Shown here: positions 49,321 through 62,622 of the stretch, piece after piece
How positions within the stretch are numbered: position 1 is the first letter of the stretch
Layout of the letters: each line of letters opens with the position of its first letter
NCBI GenBank assembly: GCA_951406725.2
Contig: OX597815.1
Span: 17,980,001 to 18,044,000, forward strand
Origin: Octopus vulgaris
Taxonomy: Eukaryota
Length of the DNA: 64,000 nt
Direction of reading: 5' to 3'
Program-made: the position numbers and the translations under genes
Notes under the pieces: model-generated
Told to the model about the DNA's origin: nothing
The model's database searches: none
Seen by the model: only the letters and a program-made list of their open reading frames with translations

Positions 49321-49910
49321 CTCTTGTGGAAGAAATACTAATAGATTTTTTTTTCTTTTTTGCCTCCCACTGTAGAGCACTCAACATTTACTGCTTTTGT
49401 GAGAAGCATGAATCTTCCATGTGAAGTTCTACCACAGACAGTGTTTGACCCTGGGATTTATTGATAGACACTGCGAAGCTGATATGAATAGGAAATAGCA
49501 CTCTTCTGAATGAAAAAAGGAATTTCTACTCCCAATGGAATGAGAGGAATTCTAGATATGAAAATGTCCTCTCCTTTTTTCTCATCCAGAGAGAATAGTA
49601 ACCTCATGAACATGTGGCATCATCTTCTTTACCACCAAGTGTGTCCCATTGCAGAGTGTTGGTGGATCCAAATTCCTGGAGTTCCCACTTTAAGTTTCAA
49701 TCTCTGGGGAGGTAGTCTTTGGAGGGTCCAATGAATTGAGAAATTCTGTTGGATAATTTACTGCTTCTTCTGGATCTGGGAGTGTATCAACTGACTTATA
49801 GATGTGAGGACTTTCAGGAAAGTACTGCAGTACCTGCTTATTAATTTTACTTACAGTACTGTTTTTTTGGTGCCAGAGATTGTGATAATTTTTCGACCAA
49901 TCGAAGATCT
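49285..49910 (-). pseudogene. Helitron Pif1-like helicase C-terminal fragment
   Basis: YKSVDTLPDPEEAVNYPTEFLNS, RNLDPPTLCNGTHLVVKKM, RIPLIP, FAVSINKSQGQTL and KTKNIVYQEVS* across frameshifts. Confidence 0.9.
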
Positions 49911-50139
49911 CCTCTTTGGAGACACTGTGTCAAGAAATATGATGTAATAAAATGAGATGACAGTTATACGCTAGTAAAGAAATGACAAGAAAAAAAGGTA
50001 CATAATATCAATATCTTCGCAATTTTTAAGAAATACATACAGTGAACTGAGATGACACTGTTATGTTAATAATTAATTGTCAATAGAAACATTAATTACT
50101 ATCAATATTTTTAAAAAATGAAAAAGCATTCAGTGGATT

Positions 50140-50393
50140 AATCACCCTGGATGTAAGGGAGACAATGTATATCTGAAAGTTACAAAGTTACTTCACAAAG
50201 AGTTACCTCCTGTAGCCCAGGAAAGGGTATTTTCTGCTCCTAGGGGGCCCGCTACTCATTATGTGAAAACTTTTAAGAGTCTAAAATCATCTGTGGAACA
50301 TAAGTAATGTATGTTCCCAATTTGGAGAGCAGTTGTGAACTTCAGAATTTATGTGGGTTTAAACACACACAAACTCACTTTTATATATATAGA
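50140..50393 (-). mobile_element. Helitron 5' terminal region
   Basis: CACTTTTATATATATAGA|T resembles the end of 10369-10772; GTAAGGGA...AGAGTTAC blocks are shared. Confidence 0.55.
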
Positions 50394-51857
50394 TAGATTA
50401 GTGAGGTAAAGGAAATAACTCAAGTAAGCCAGTGAAATGGATTGAGATGAGTTAATATAAAGATGCCTTGAATGATATACGCATTATCCCTAATCTACTT
50501 CTTCACCCCAAAATCTTCAACAAACTATATTTTATTCATCAAGCTTATGCTTTGTTAACATGCTGTAATAATTCTTTCAGCAACTGTCTCAAATTAGGGG
50601 CCATACTTTACAATTTTCCTAAATGTGAAATCCTGGAATCTGAAGCAGCCCTAGTACAGGGTTGGCTGTGTGTGTGTATGTACATGTGTATTCGTGTGAG
50701 ATATGCCCTGATTGTTGAGTTGATTATGACTTGTGAAAGCAATGGGGGAAAGGTATATATGAAAGACTTGAGGAGTTTTGTGATGCACGAGGATGGAAGC
50801 AAATGGTGCTTCCAGTAAAGATGAGATGCTATGTGTTTGTAGTTTAGATCTGGAATATCCCATATCTCAAGCAGTTGGCTTAGTTAAGGATGCCAGTGTA
50901 ATGATTAATAGACCGGAAAGTACACTAGAAAGTTCTTCCTGATGGATAATAATAACAGAATCTCAGATAGGAAGGAAAAAAACTTCTCATTATGCCACCA
51001 TGGAAATAAATTTAAACTTTCAAATTTTCAAGCATATTCTTTTACCTGTGGTTTCATACTTCAATATAACTGAACCCACAGCCTACAGCTGACTCACCAG
51101 GTAATACGAAACTCAGCATGTAAAAATCAAGTCAAAATACTAACTTCTAAGAACTCAAGTATAGTCTGTCATGCCTCCTTAGGAGAAACTTTCTTTGCAC
51201 ACAGCATGTAACACAGAGAAGATCAAGGAATCCTCAAGGCAAACTTTATCAAGTCAAGCGAAAATTATTTCTGCTATCAAGATGAGTAAAAGTTATTTTA
51301 CTACCAGAATTTTGCCATTTAATCAAATGAAATCATCCTACTTCATAGTCTGTGTTAGCCAATCAAATTGCGAGCAGTCGACGCTGCGTCTGACTGTGTT
51401 AATGTAGAAGATAAAGAAACAGTAATTGGATTTAGACAAATAAATATAATATACTCTAACACTCACTTTCTATGTCTATGCATACATACTCATTTCTATT
51501 GATTTATCTTTTTCTTTTAGTTTATAAATATTTTTCTTTGCAATATTTTTCGCTAGCATTTATATACATATCTATGAGATACAAGTATAACTGTTATTTT
51601 AATTATCCTTATTTAACTTTTATATCATTCACACGTATATTCTTCCACATACACATCTAAGTTATGTAATTACTCAAAATGCTACTTTGTCTATATGTGT
51701 GTGTAATAAGAATTCAGAAACTTCAGGTGATGTGAAATGATTTGTTTTTAAAACTGGAACTAACCTTTGACATTTCTACCCAAAGGGTCTTTTTTTAGCC
51801 TAATATTTACATGTTATCATATGTATGTACAAAACATATACATATGATACTCCTATA

Positions 51858-52410
51858 TACTCTTACTCTTTTTATTTGTCTCAGTCATGTGACTGTGGCC
51901 ATGCTGGAGCACCACCTTTTTAGTCGAGCAAATCGATCCCAGGACTTATTCTTTGTAAGCCTAGTACTTATTCTATCGGTCTCTTTTGCCAAACCACTAA
52001 GTTACGGGGACATAAACACACCAGCATCAGTTGTCAAGCGATGTTGGGGGGGGACAAACACAGACACACAGACATATGCACACACATATGTGTATGTATG
52101 TATCTATGTTTGTGTGTGTGTGTGTGAGTGACAAACAACACAAACACACACACACACAATGAGCTTCTATCAGTTTCCATGAGTGTGTGTACGTGTGCAT
52201 GTATGTGTGCAACGTCCGCTTTCGATGCTAGCATGGGTTGGACGATTTTGACTGAGGGCTGGCGAACCAGATGGCTGCCCCAGGCTTCAATCTTGATCTG
52301 GCAGAGTTTCTACAGCTGGATGCCCTTCCTAACGCCAACCACTCCGAGAGTGTAGTGCATGCTTTTTACATGCCACCGGCATGGGGGCCAGTCAAGGCGG
52401 TACTGGCACC
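51858..52410 (-). mobile_element. SINE A 3' part (51858-52180) plus RTE family R 3'-UTR (52211-52410)
   Basis: Family matches. Confidence 0.8.
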
Positions 52411-52451
52411 CTGTATATGAATATATATTGTGTCTTTATAAGAATACAAAT

Positions 52452-52677
52452 TTACTCTTTACTTGTTACTCTTTTACTTGTTTCAGTCATTTGACTGTGG
52501 CCATGCTGGAGCACCACCTTTAGTCGAGCAAATCGACCCCGGGACTTATTCTTTGTAAGCGCAGTACTTATTCTATCGGTCTCTTTTGCCGAGCCGCTAA
52601 GTGATGGGGACGTAAACACACCAGCATCGGTTGTCAAGCAATGCTAGGGGGACAAGCACAGACACAATCACACACAC

Positions 52678-52725
<48 letters not shown>

Positions 52726-53250
52726 ATAAATATTAGGGAATAAATCCAAATTTACAGGGAAAAAAATCAGATTTAGGATTAAATCCAATTTTATAGTAAA
52801 ATATTATAAAATATTATAAAATATTATTATGGATTATATATTTATATTTTTTCATTCATACTTTAATTATTTTAAAATTATTATTTGTATATTTTAAAAT
52901 ATTGATATTTTAGATTGAAGTCCACCTGAAGATTGTCGATCAAGACAAGAAACGATTGTAGTGGCGGTTTTTTTGACTATTTATTAAAATTTTATGTATT
53001 GATTAAGTCTTTCCTTGTTTGTTTTACAAAATAGTGGTTTTGTCTCTAATAATATTTTATATATATATATATATATACATATATACGACGGGCTTCTTTC
53101 AGTTTCCATCTACCAAATCCACTCACAAGGCATTGGTCAGCCCGGGGCTATAGCAGAAGACACTTGGCCCAAGATGCCATGCAGTGGGACTGAACCTGGA
53201 ACCATGTGGTTGGTTAGCAAGCTACTTACAACACAGCCACTCCTGCGCCT
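52452..53250 (-). mobile_element. SINE family A interrupted in its TA run by a Penelope-like insert (~52722-53058)
   Basis: SINE tail at 52452 and head at 53250. The AT-rich insert contains a hammerhead. Confidence 0.85.
52922..52964 (+). ncRNA. Minimal type I hammerhead ribozyme, intact catalytic core
   Basis: CCAC-CUGAAGA-UUGUC GAUCAA GACAA-GAAA-C GAUU G-UA-GUGG. Predicted cleavage after A52960. Confidence 0.8.
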
Positions 53251-54014
53251 TGTTACCACTTGTTTCCACTTCAAATATGTTTGGGATGAATTTGAACCTG
53301 TACGAAGGCCATCCACTACATTCTGTCATGAAGGCATATTCTTGGTCTAAACAAAAAGGTGTAAGTGTCCCAGGTCAGTTCAGAGTGCCCTCTACCCAGA
53401 TCAATGAATGCATGCATTTCAAAGTAATCTTCTTTTCAGCATCAGACACTGGAAAGAAAAGCTGCTCTCAACTGACTACAAGACTAGGTTTCTCTTATTT
53501 AGATTTCAGTCGAAATACTGTGACAGGTGGCGCTAACAATCTGCCCAGCTGCAGTAAAATACAGATTTGAAGCACTAAGCAGTGATTTGTGTAAATATAG
53601 ACTTGCTACCAGTTCAAATATGTTTGAGTGTAAGAATTTTAATTATCCTTATTTAACTTTTATATCATTCACACATATATTCTTCCACATACACATCACA
53701 AATTATGTCATTACTCAAAATGCTACTTTGTCTAAATGTGTGTGTTATAAGAATTCAGAAACTTCAGGTGATGTGAAATGATTTGTTTTTAAAACTGGAG
53801 CTAACCTTTGACATTTCTACCCAAAGGGCCACCAAAAAAGAATGTCCTTATTAATCTTATTTCTTTATTGCCCACAAGGGACTAAACACTGCGGGGACAA
53901 ACAAGGACAGACAAATGGATTATGTCGATTATATCGACCCCAGTGCGTAGCTGGTACTTATTTAATCAACCCCGAAAGGATGAAAGGCAAACCTGTAAGA
54001 AGGCCATTCACTGC

Positions 54015-54060
<46 letters not shown>

Positions 54061-54223
54061 GGATATAGACAGATTGAATGATTATAAAGTCAGTGCTTAT
54101 ATTTCATTTTTCAACGGTTAATACAATCTAGAAACAACTTAATTATTTTTCTTTTTTATGAATGCCACTTTCCAAACTGATGGCTGTTCAGGTTTAAGCA
54201 CTGCTGATAATGGAATCACAATT

Positions 54224-54456
54224 AAGGTGTCGAGCTGGCAGAACCGTTAGCACGCCGGGCGAAATGCGTAGCCGTATTTCGCCTGCCGTTACGTTCTGAG
54301 TTCAAATTCCGCCGAGGTCGACTTTGCCTTTCATCCTTTCGGGGTCGATAAATTAAGTACCAGTTATGCACTGGGGTCGATGTAATCGACTTAATCCGTT
54401 TGTCTGTCCTTGTTTGTCCCCTCTATGTTTAGCCCCTTGTAGGTAATAAAGAAACA
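54224..54456 (+). mobile_element. SINE family B, full-length
   Basis: 16-bp TSD GATAATGGAATCACAA. Confidence 0.92.
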
Positions 54457-54459
54457 GAT

Positions 54460-54838
54460 AATGGAATCACAAACATTCACAACTATTACACACACCATTC
54501 TTGTTCAAGGGCTGCTCACAAGTTGTTGACTATTGCCAGTTTTGTTCTGTAAACTTTATCAATTAAGCTTCACCATAAAAAAAGGTTTAGTGATGTGAGG
54601 TCCATTGAATGCAGAAGTATTCTACAGAATTTCTTTGTCCAATCCACCAATTTGCTAAAAATCTCAAGTCCTTACATTACTAAAGAAGTGTGTGTAGGAA
54701 GGTACAGATATCCCCATCTTGCTGGAAATAAACTCCACATCATCAGAGTCCTCTTGAATGCTTGGTATGACAGATTGTTGCAAGAAGTTCATACAAATGG
54801 GATCCATTAAGGTGCCATCAAAAAAGAATGTCCTTATG
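54460..54838 (-). pseudogene. Tc1/mariner transposase relic
   Basis: Minus strand FFFDGT...MNFLQQSVIPSI...FQQDG, frameshifted; typical of the region around the second catalytic Asp. Confidence 0.7.
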
Positions 54839-54843
54839 AATCC

Positions 54844-55255
54844 TATTTATTTACTACCCACAAGGGGCTAAACACAGAGAGGACAAACAAGGACAGACAA
54901 ATGGATTAAGTCGATTATATCAACCCCAGTACATAACTGGTACTTATTTTATTGACCCTGAAAGGATGAAAGGTAAAGTCGACCTCAACGGAATTTGAAC
55001 TCAGAACGTAATGGCAGACGAAATATCTATTTCTTTACTACCCACAAGGGGCTAAACACAGAGAGGACAAACAAGGACAGACAAACGGAATAAGTCGATT
55101 ATATCGACTCCAGTGCATAACTGGTACTTATTTAATCAGCCCCGAAAGGATGAAAGGCAAAGTCGACCTCGGCGGAATTTGAACTCAGAACGTAGCAGCA
55201 GGCGAAATATTGGTAAGCATTTCGCCCGGTGTGCTAACGTTTCTGCCAGCTCGCC
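54844..55255 (-). mobile_element. SINE family B dimer
   Basis: Junction AGACGAAATATC|TATTTCTTTAC at ~55027, as in the 37-kb concatemer. Confidence 0.9.
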
Positions 55256-55531
55256 ACACCAAAATACAAATGGAGGTCCAGCTAGTTAGCTCCTGTCAAA
55301 CTGTCCACCCCATGCCGGCATAGAGAACAGATGTTAAACGATGATGATGATGATGACGACGACGGCATCATATATTTATTACACGTGCCAAAAATGTAGA
55401 CATTGGGGATAAGAGCTCACAAAGAAAGATTTGTGTCCTTCTTAAGTACATTTACATGACCTATTCATCCGATTTGTTCTCTGGCTAATTTCTTTGTTTC
55501 TCTCTCCCACTCTCTTTATGTAGCACACATC

Positions 55532-55532
55532 T

Positions 55533-55587
<55 letters not shown>

Positions 55588-55660
55588 AATATATATATAT
55601 ATGTGTATATATATGTGTGTGTGTGTATGTATAAAGTAAAATATATGGATATATAATGTA

Positions 55661-55708
<48 letters not shown>

Positions 55709-55725
55709 TTGTATATATATAATGT

Positions 55726-55794
<69 letters not shown>

Positions 55795-55885
55795 TGTATA
55801 TGTATATGTATATATATATATACACATGTATATATATATATATATATATATGTAAAATATATAGATATATAATGTGATATGTATG

Positions 55886-55962
<77 letters not shown>

Positions 55963-56020
55963 TTTTATGTATGTGTATATATATATATATATGTATGTAT
56001 ATAATGTATGTATGTATAAT
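55532..56020. repeat. Compound (TA)n/(TG)n microsatellite
   Basis: Direct inspection. Confidence 0.95.
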
Positions 56021-56392
56021 AAATAGCCCTTACATTCATGACAGGATTTCATTTCACTGTAGATGTAATTGCATCAGTGTTCTGCCATTAGAAGGGACAT
56101 CTTATTTTAAGACACTAGTCAATGTTATTTATATTTCTCAGATTCTAACATTTATTCAAATGGATTCTACCATTAATCTTAATTGAGAAGAAATATCACT
56201 GCATCAATGCCAGCATTTATTCTGGCACTATTGTCCATTTGTGATATATATATGTGTGTATATATGTGCCCATAATGGGTTATGCATAAATTATATGTAT
56301 TTATTGGTGTGCTTATACCTACAGGTACATGTATGTAAACACATGCACACGTACACAAACTTAGATGTACATATACACACACACATATATAT

Positions 56393-56790
56393 ATCATCAT
56401 CATCATCATCATCATCATCATTTAACGTCCGCTTTCCATGCTAGCATGGGTTGGACGGTTCAACTGGGGTCTGGGGAGCCCGAAGGCTGCACCAGGCCAG
56501 TCAGATCTGGCAGTGTTTCTACAGCTGGATGCCCTTCCTAACGCCAACCACTCCGAGAGTGTAGTGGGTGATTTTATGTGCCACCGACACAGGTGCCAGA
56601 CGAGGCTGGCGAACGGCCACGCTCGGATGGTGTTTTTTATGTGCCACCGACACAGGTGCCAGATGAGGCTGGCGAACGGCCACGATCGGATGGTGTTTTT
56701 ATGTGCCACCGACACAGGTGCCAGATGAGGCTGGCGAACGGCCACGATCGGATGGTGTTTGTTACGTGCCCACAGCAAGGATGCCAGATA
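56393..56790 (-). mobile_element. RTE family R 3'-UTR with three near-identical ~62-bp modules (56573-56760)
   Basis: TTTATGTGCCACCGACACAGGTGCCAGA(C/T)GAGGCTGGCGAACGGCCACG(C/A)TCGGATGGTG x3. Confidence 0.88.
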
Positions 56791-56999
56791 TATATATATA
56801 TGCATAATTCCTTTTGCAAGATTCCTGATATGAAATTGTGTGTTGAAATAGACATTGTTGTATTTTGGGATGGTCCTTTTATTCATTATTTATTTAAAAA
56901 AATTTTTTGCCAAATAAACACATGCACTATATATTTTGTACACCACCTGTCTTCGTCTTTTGTTTTTTTCGTAAACTCTCCCCACTATATATATATATA

Positions 57000-57163
57000 T
57001 ATTTCTTTACTACCCACAAGGGGCTAAACACAGAAGGGACAAACAAGGACAGACAAACGGATTAAGTCGATTATATTGACCCCAGTGCGTAACTGGTACT
57101 TATTTAATCAACCCCGAAAGGATGAAAGGCAAAGTCGACCTCGGTGGAATTTGAACTCAGAAC
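57000..57163 (-). mobile_element. SINE family B, 5'-truncated
   Basis: Family B core and tail. Confidence 0.88.
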
Positions 57164-57639
57164 ATATATAGGAGTACATCACATAACAAGTATTCAACTG
57201 TGATGAAACAGGCCTTTGTTGGGGAAAAAAAAATGCCCAGAAGAATGTATGTAACTGCAGAGGAGAAGAAAATGCCAGGCCACAAGTATATGAAAAATAG
57301 GCTAGCTCTCACACTTTGAACCAATGTGAGTGGAGACTTGAAGTTTGAGCTGCTCCTTGCCTACCATTCCGAAAATACTGGAGCGTTCAAGTCACACAAA
57401 ATCCCAAAGGAGAAGCTGCAAGTCATGTACATACATAATTTATTGTAAATATTGTTTACTGAAAATATTGTGTAAATATTGTTTACCAACATTATTTGTT
57501 GGGTCTTTGCAGTCACAGCATATCTCTGGAGATATGCTGTGACTTCATATCTTCTTACGAACTCACATGATAATGTGAGTTCATGGCTGCTTCCTGTGCC
57601 AGTTTTGCTTAACCCCAGCCCATCCTAAGTACCTTGGAT

Positions 57640-58070
57640 TGCAGAACGACCTGCTGTGCTTACCTTGGATCATAGGGTGACCTTCTGTGCTTGAGGAGAC
57701 CTATTGAGTCAAGTACATCAACATCAAAATAAATATCAAATGGAAATTGTAGTTGTGATATCTGTGCCGGTGGCACGTAAATAGTACCATCTGAACGGGG
57801 GCCGATGCCAGCACTGCCTTGACTGGCTTCCTTGCCGGTGGCATGTAAAAAGCACCAACTGATCGTGGCCATTGCCAGCCTCACCTGACACGTAAAAAGC
57901 ACCCACTACATTCACGGAATGGTTGGTGCTAGGAAGGGCATCCAGCTGCAGAGACACTGCCAGATCAGACTAGAGCCTGGTGCAGCCTCCTGGCTTCCCA
58001 GACCCCGGTCGAACCGTCCAACCCATGCTAGCACGGAAAACGGATGTTAAATGATGATGATGATGATGAT
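57640..58070 (+). mobile_element. RTE family R 3' end
   Basis: Family R modules and (GAT)n tail. Confidence 0.8.
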
Positions 58071-58515
58071 TGTTTACTGCAAAGTTTTGTTGCTACTTGT
58101 CTCTCAAAACAGATCTGACTCTTTTGAGAAGCTTGTATTGAGGACACCAAATAGACTAAAGGGCCTACTACTGCTCTACAAGCAGTAAACAAACTTTGCC
58201 TAGTTTAGTGTCTTCAAAGATACAAACCTGTAAACCAAAAGATAATGTTTTTACACAGGTGTGTATATACAAAATGTACACATATAGCCTTCAGAAATAC
58301 TTTATTTTTGATTTGCAGACAACTTAACTGCATAATTAAAGGCACCTGTATAACTACAACTACTAACTTTGTTGCTGCCTCTACTATTACTTATGCATAT
58401 ATATACATATTTATATGTGTGTGTGTGTGTGTGTATGTGCACCTATGTGTGTATGTGTATGTATATATCAGCAAACCATTTGAAATAGGTACACCTTGAT
58501 AGCAATTGGGAATAT

Positions 58516-59785
58516 CATCATCATCATCATTTAATGTCCGTTTTCCATGCTAGCACGGGTTGGATGGTTTGACTGAGGACTGGCGAGCCAGAAGGCTGCA
58601 CCAGGCTCCAATCTGATCTGGCAATGTTTCTACAGCTGGATGCCCTTCATAACACTAACCACTCTGAGAGTGTAGTGGGTGCTTTTTATGTGCCACCAGC
58701 ACAGAAGTCAGTCAGGCAAGCCTGATATCTATTCTGTTCAGATAGTGCTTTTTACATTTCACTGGCACGGGGCCATTCTGGGGGTTATGACATCAGCCAT
58801 GTTCGGATGGTCCTTTTTATGTTCCACTGGCACAAGAACCAGTCAGTGGATATAGGCATCGACCATATTTGGATGGTGCTTTTTACATGCCACCAGCATG
58901 AGAGCCAATCTGGGGATACTGGCATCGGCCACATTCAGTTGGTGCTTTTTACATGCCACCGGCACAGGAGCCAGTCAGGGGGAACTGGCCACAGGTACAA
59001 TATTGGTATTTACTTGACTCGACAGGTCTTCTCAAGCATATCATATTGCCCGACACATCAGGGTTACTCTTAACAGGGATGAACATGTGTGGCTGCAGTC
59101 TCACTTTAGTTGTCAGGTCTTCTCAATCACAGCATATCTCCAAATGTCCTGGTCTCCTGTCATTGCCTCTGTGAGGCCCAGTGTTCGAAGATCATGCTTC
59201 ATTACCTCATCCCATGTCTTCCTGGGTCTACCTCTTCCACAGGTTCCTTCTACAGTTAGCGAGTGACACTTCCTCACACAGCTGTCTTCATTCATACATA
59301 ACACATCACCATACCAGTACAGTCACCTCGCTTGCACAACACATTTGATGCTTCTTATGCCCAACTTTTCTCCCAGGGCATTTACACTCTGTCATGTATG
59401 CACACTGACATTACACATCCAGCGGATCATACTAGTTTAATTTCTTTCAAGCCTACACGTGTCTTCAGCATTCATGGCCCATGCTTCATTGCTGTATAGC
59501 ATGGCAGTTTGCACACATACATCATACTGTCTATCTTTCACCCTTAGTGAGCGGCCCTTAGTTTCCAGCAGAGGTAGGAGCTCCCTGAACTTTGCCCAGG
59601 CTATACTTACTCTAGTCGCTATACTCTCAGACCACCCTCCCCCACTACAGACTTGGTCACCTAGGTAGCAGAAGCTTTTAACTATTTCTAGTTTCTCCCC
59701 TTGGCATGTGATGGAATCTGTTTTCTGTACATCTTCAGTGTTTATTACCCCAGTGCATCTGCCACACACAAAAACTATTTTCCAT
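58516..59785 (-). mobile_element. RTE LINE: ORF2 C-terminal ~670 bp plus modular 3' UTR (defines family R)
   Basis: CGRCTG...GEKLEIVKSFCYLGDQV...AWAKFRELLPLL...GRGRPRKTWDEVMKHDL...WRYAVIEKT*, then hairpin modules and (GAT)n. Confidence 0.9.
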
Positions 59786-59808
59786 AGAGGTTTTTATTTA
59801 ATTTGACA

Positions 59809-59975
59809 TAGGCGCAGGTGTGGCTGTGTGGTAAGTAGCTTGCTAACCAACCACATGGTTGCGGGTTCAGTCCCACTGCGTGGCATCTTGGGCAAGTGTC
59901 TTCTGCTATAGCCCCGGGCCGACCAATGCCTTGTGAGTGGATTTGGTAGACGGAAACTGAAAGAAGCCTGTCGTA

Positions 59976-60023
<48 letters not shown>

Positions 60024-60235
60024 AATGAGATAGGGGTTGAAAATTCAACCCACCATATATATATATATGTGTGTGTGTGTGTTTGTGTGTCTGTGTTGGT
60101 CCCCCTAGCATTGTGTTTACGTCCCTGTCACTTAGCGATTCGGCAAAAGAGACTGATAGAATAAGTACTGGGCTTACAAAGAATAAGTCCTGGGGTCGAT
60201 TTGCTCGACTAAAGGCGGTGTAAAAGAGTAAAGAG
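59809..60235 (+). mobile_element. SINE family A
   Basis: Family A head; deletion near the tail. Confidence 0.85.
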
Positions 60236-61027
60236 AGTTCCTCACTCCAAGACCTGGTGGAAGATGTGGAAGCTAGGGGTAGATGAGTAGCTGGTGAGGC
60301 TAGCCAAGCCATGTACAGGAATGTTGTCAATATGGTGAAAGTCAGCGATGTCATTTGATAATGACACAGGTATGAAAGCTTACATTCAGGACTCTTAAGC
60401 TTCTGGGTCAACAATTCAAAGACTGTTGCATGTTACCCGCTTACACAACTGCAGTGCATATTAACATCATTTTTTCAGCAGTGGTAATGTTCACTGAACC
60501 AGCATAAGTTAATGACATGCAACAATCATTAAATTGTTGGTACAGAAAATTAAAGTCATCACTATAAGTCTCCATACTCTTTTCTTTTTCCCCAAACTTT
60601 GTTTACCGCCCTCTCCCACTTACCCTATATACTCTTGCAAACCTCGCTCTCATCATCATCCGGTTAGCCTCTCTGTCAACAATCACCCTCATGCCGCTCT
60701 GTCAATGATCTCCTTACCCACAACTACTCTTGCTACCTGAGATGCTATCTGGACACCTCATCATCACTGTTTATGTCTCTAATTCATTCTCTCTCTCTCC
60801 TCCCCCTCCCCCTCCCCTCCCCCTCTCCCCCTCCCCCTCTCCCTCTCCCTCTTACTCTCTCCCCCTCTCTCTCCTAAATGTGAGTAGCCATGTGGCTCCT
60901 CTACAATGAGGACCTGCTCTAACCCAGCCTCTTCCCTCTTACCACATCTCCTTAACCGCACATCTACACTTGATTGATTGTTGATGTTTATGTTGTATAA
61001 TGTGCTGGTAGTATAAATAATTACATA

Positions 61028-61542
61028 ATCATCATCATCATTTGTTGTCCATGTTGGCATGGGTTGGACTGTGTGACCAGAGCTGGTAACCAAGGGGCTG
61101 CACCAGGTGCTAGTCTTATTTAACATGGTTTTTACGGCTGGATGCCCTTCGTAAATGCCAACCACTTTACAGAGTGTGCTGGGGGTGCTTTTACATAGAA
61201 CTGCAATGAGTACTTTTATGTGGCACTGGCACAAGACTCTTGCTAGACAATTGTCTTCACCTAGGGGAGTGACCATAACACTTCTGCTGTGGAGTACAGG
61301 TCTTCTTGGTTGGATACATCATCATCCTCGTTCAATGTCTGCTTTCCATGCTAGCAAGGGGTAGATGGTTTGACTGTGGGCTGGCAAACCAGATGGCTGC
61401 ACCAGGCTCCAGTCTAGATCTGGAAGAGTTTCTACAGTTGGATGCCCTTCCTAACGCCAACCACTCCGAGAGTGTAGTGGGTGCTTTTATGTGCCACCAG
61501 CACAGGGGCCAGTCAGGTGGTACTGACAACGACCTCGCTGAG
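61028..61542 (-). mobile_element. Two RTE family R 3'-UTR fragments
   Basis: Family R termini at ~61030 and ~61320. Confidence 0.75.
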
Positions 61543-62256
61543 TGTGTAATATGAGTGTGTAATATAGAGGGAGAGAATAGAAGAAAAATAGATTCTATTC
61601 AGTGTTGTATTTTGCAAGCTGTCACCAGATTTTCCCAAACCTGATCCTCAGATGACTGCTTGCAAAGTGTTTGGAAATTGTTCATATACAATATTTAACA
61701 TTGTACAATTTACATAAATAAATAAATTGGTGAGAAAATATCAATTTAAGAGATGAACATATAGATACAGAAACATAATTTTAACCTTGGCTGTGTTTGG
61801 CAACAAAGAATGTGGAATAATAATGAAACTGCATGCTGAGAATTTCTAAGACTGACGCTGTTGTTCGTGGGTGTGATAATAAAATGGCAAATAGGAAAAA
61901 TATAGGAAAAAAAAAATGTGCAAAGGAAAATAATAATAATATATGTATAAATATGTGAAGCTATGTGAACCTAGATAGATAGGCAAGAGTGATGTTAATA
62001 ATACACTGATAGGTGTGTCGGAATAAAATGTAATATATAGATATATACCTATAAAACATGGAAGAAATGAAATGAAGGATGTGAAAAAGTAAAACATGAA
62101 ATAATGAAAAAGTAGAAATAACGAATGAAAAAAAATCTATTAAAGATATTGGAATGATGCGTGGGATAGTGGAAATAAATATAGAAAATATTAAGTAAAA
62201 ATAGATATTATAAATATGAATATAAACAGAGTGTGATGGTAATAATAGCAAACCAT

Positions 62257-62257
62257 G

Positions 62258-62326
<69 letters not shown>

Positions 62327-62328
62327 GC

Positions 62329-62365
<37 letters not shown>

Positions 62366-62388
62366 TTAATAATAATAATAATAATATC

Positions 62389-62425
<37 letters not shown>

Positions 62426-62427
62426 GC

Positions 62428-62462
<35 letters not shown>

Positions 62463-62545
62463 TAGTGATAATGATAATAAAAATAATAATAATAATAATA
62501 ATAATAATGATGATGATAATGATAATAATAATAATAATAATAATG

Positions 62546-62600
<55 letters not shown>

Positions 62601-62622
62601 TAATAGCAATAATAGTGGTAAT
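62257..62622. repeat. (AAT)n microsatellite with GAT/AGC interruptions
   Basis: Direct inspection; source of the poly-N/I/L ORFs. Confidence 0.95.
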
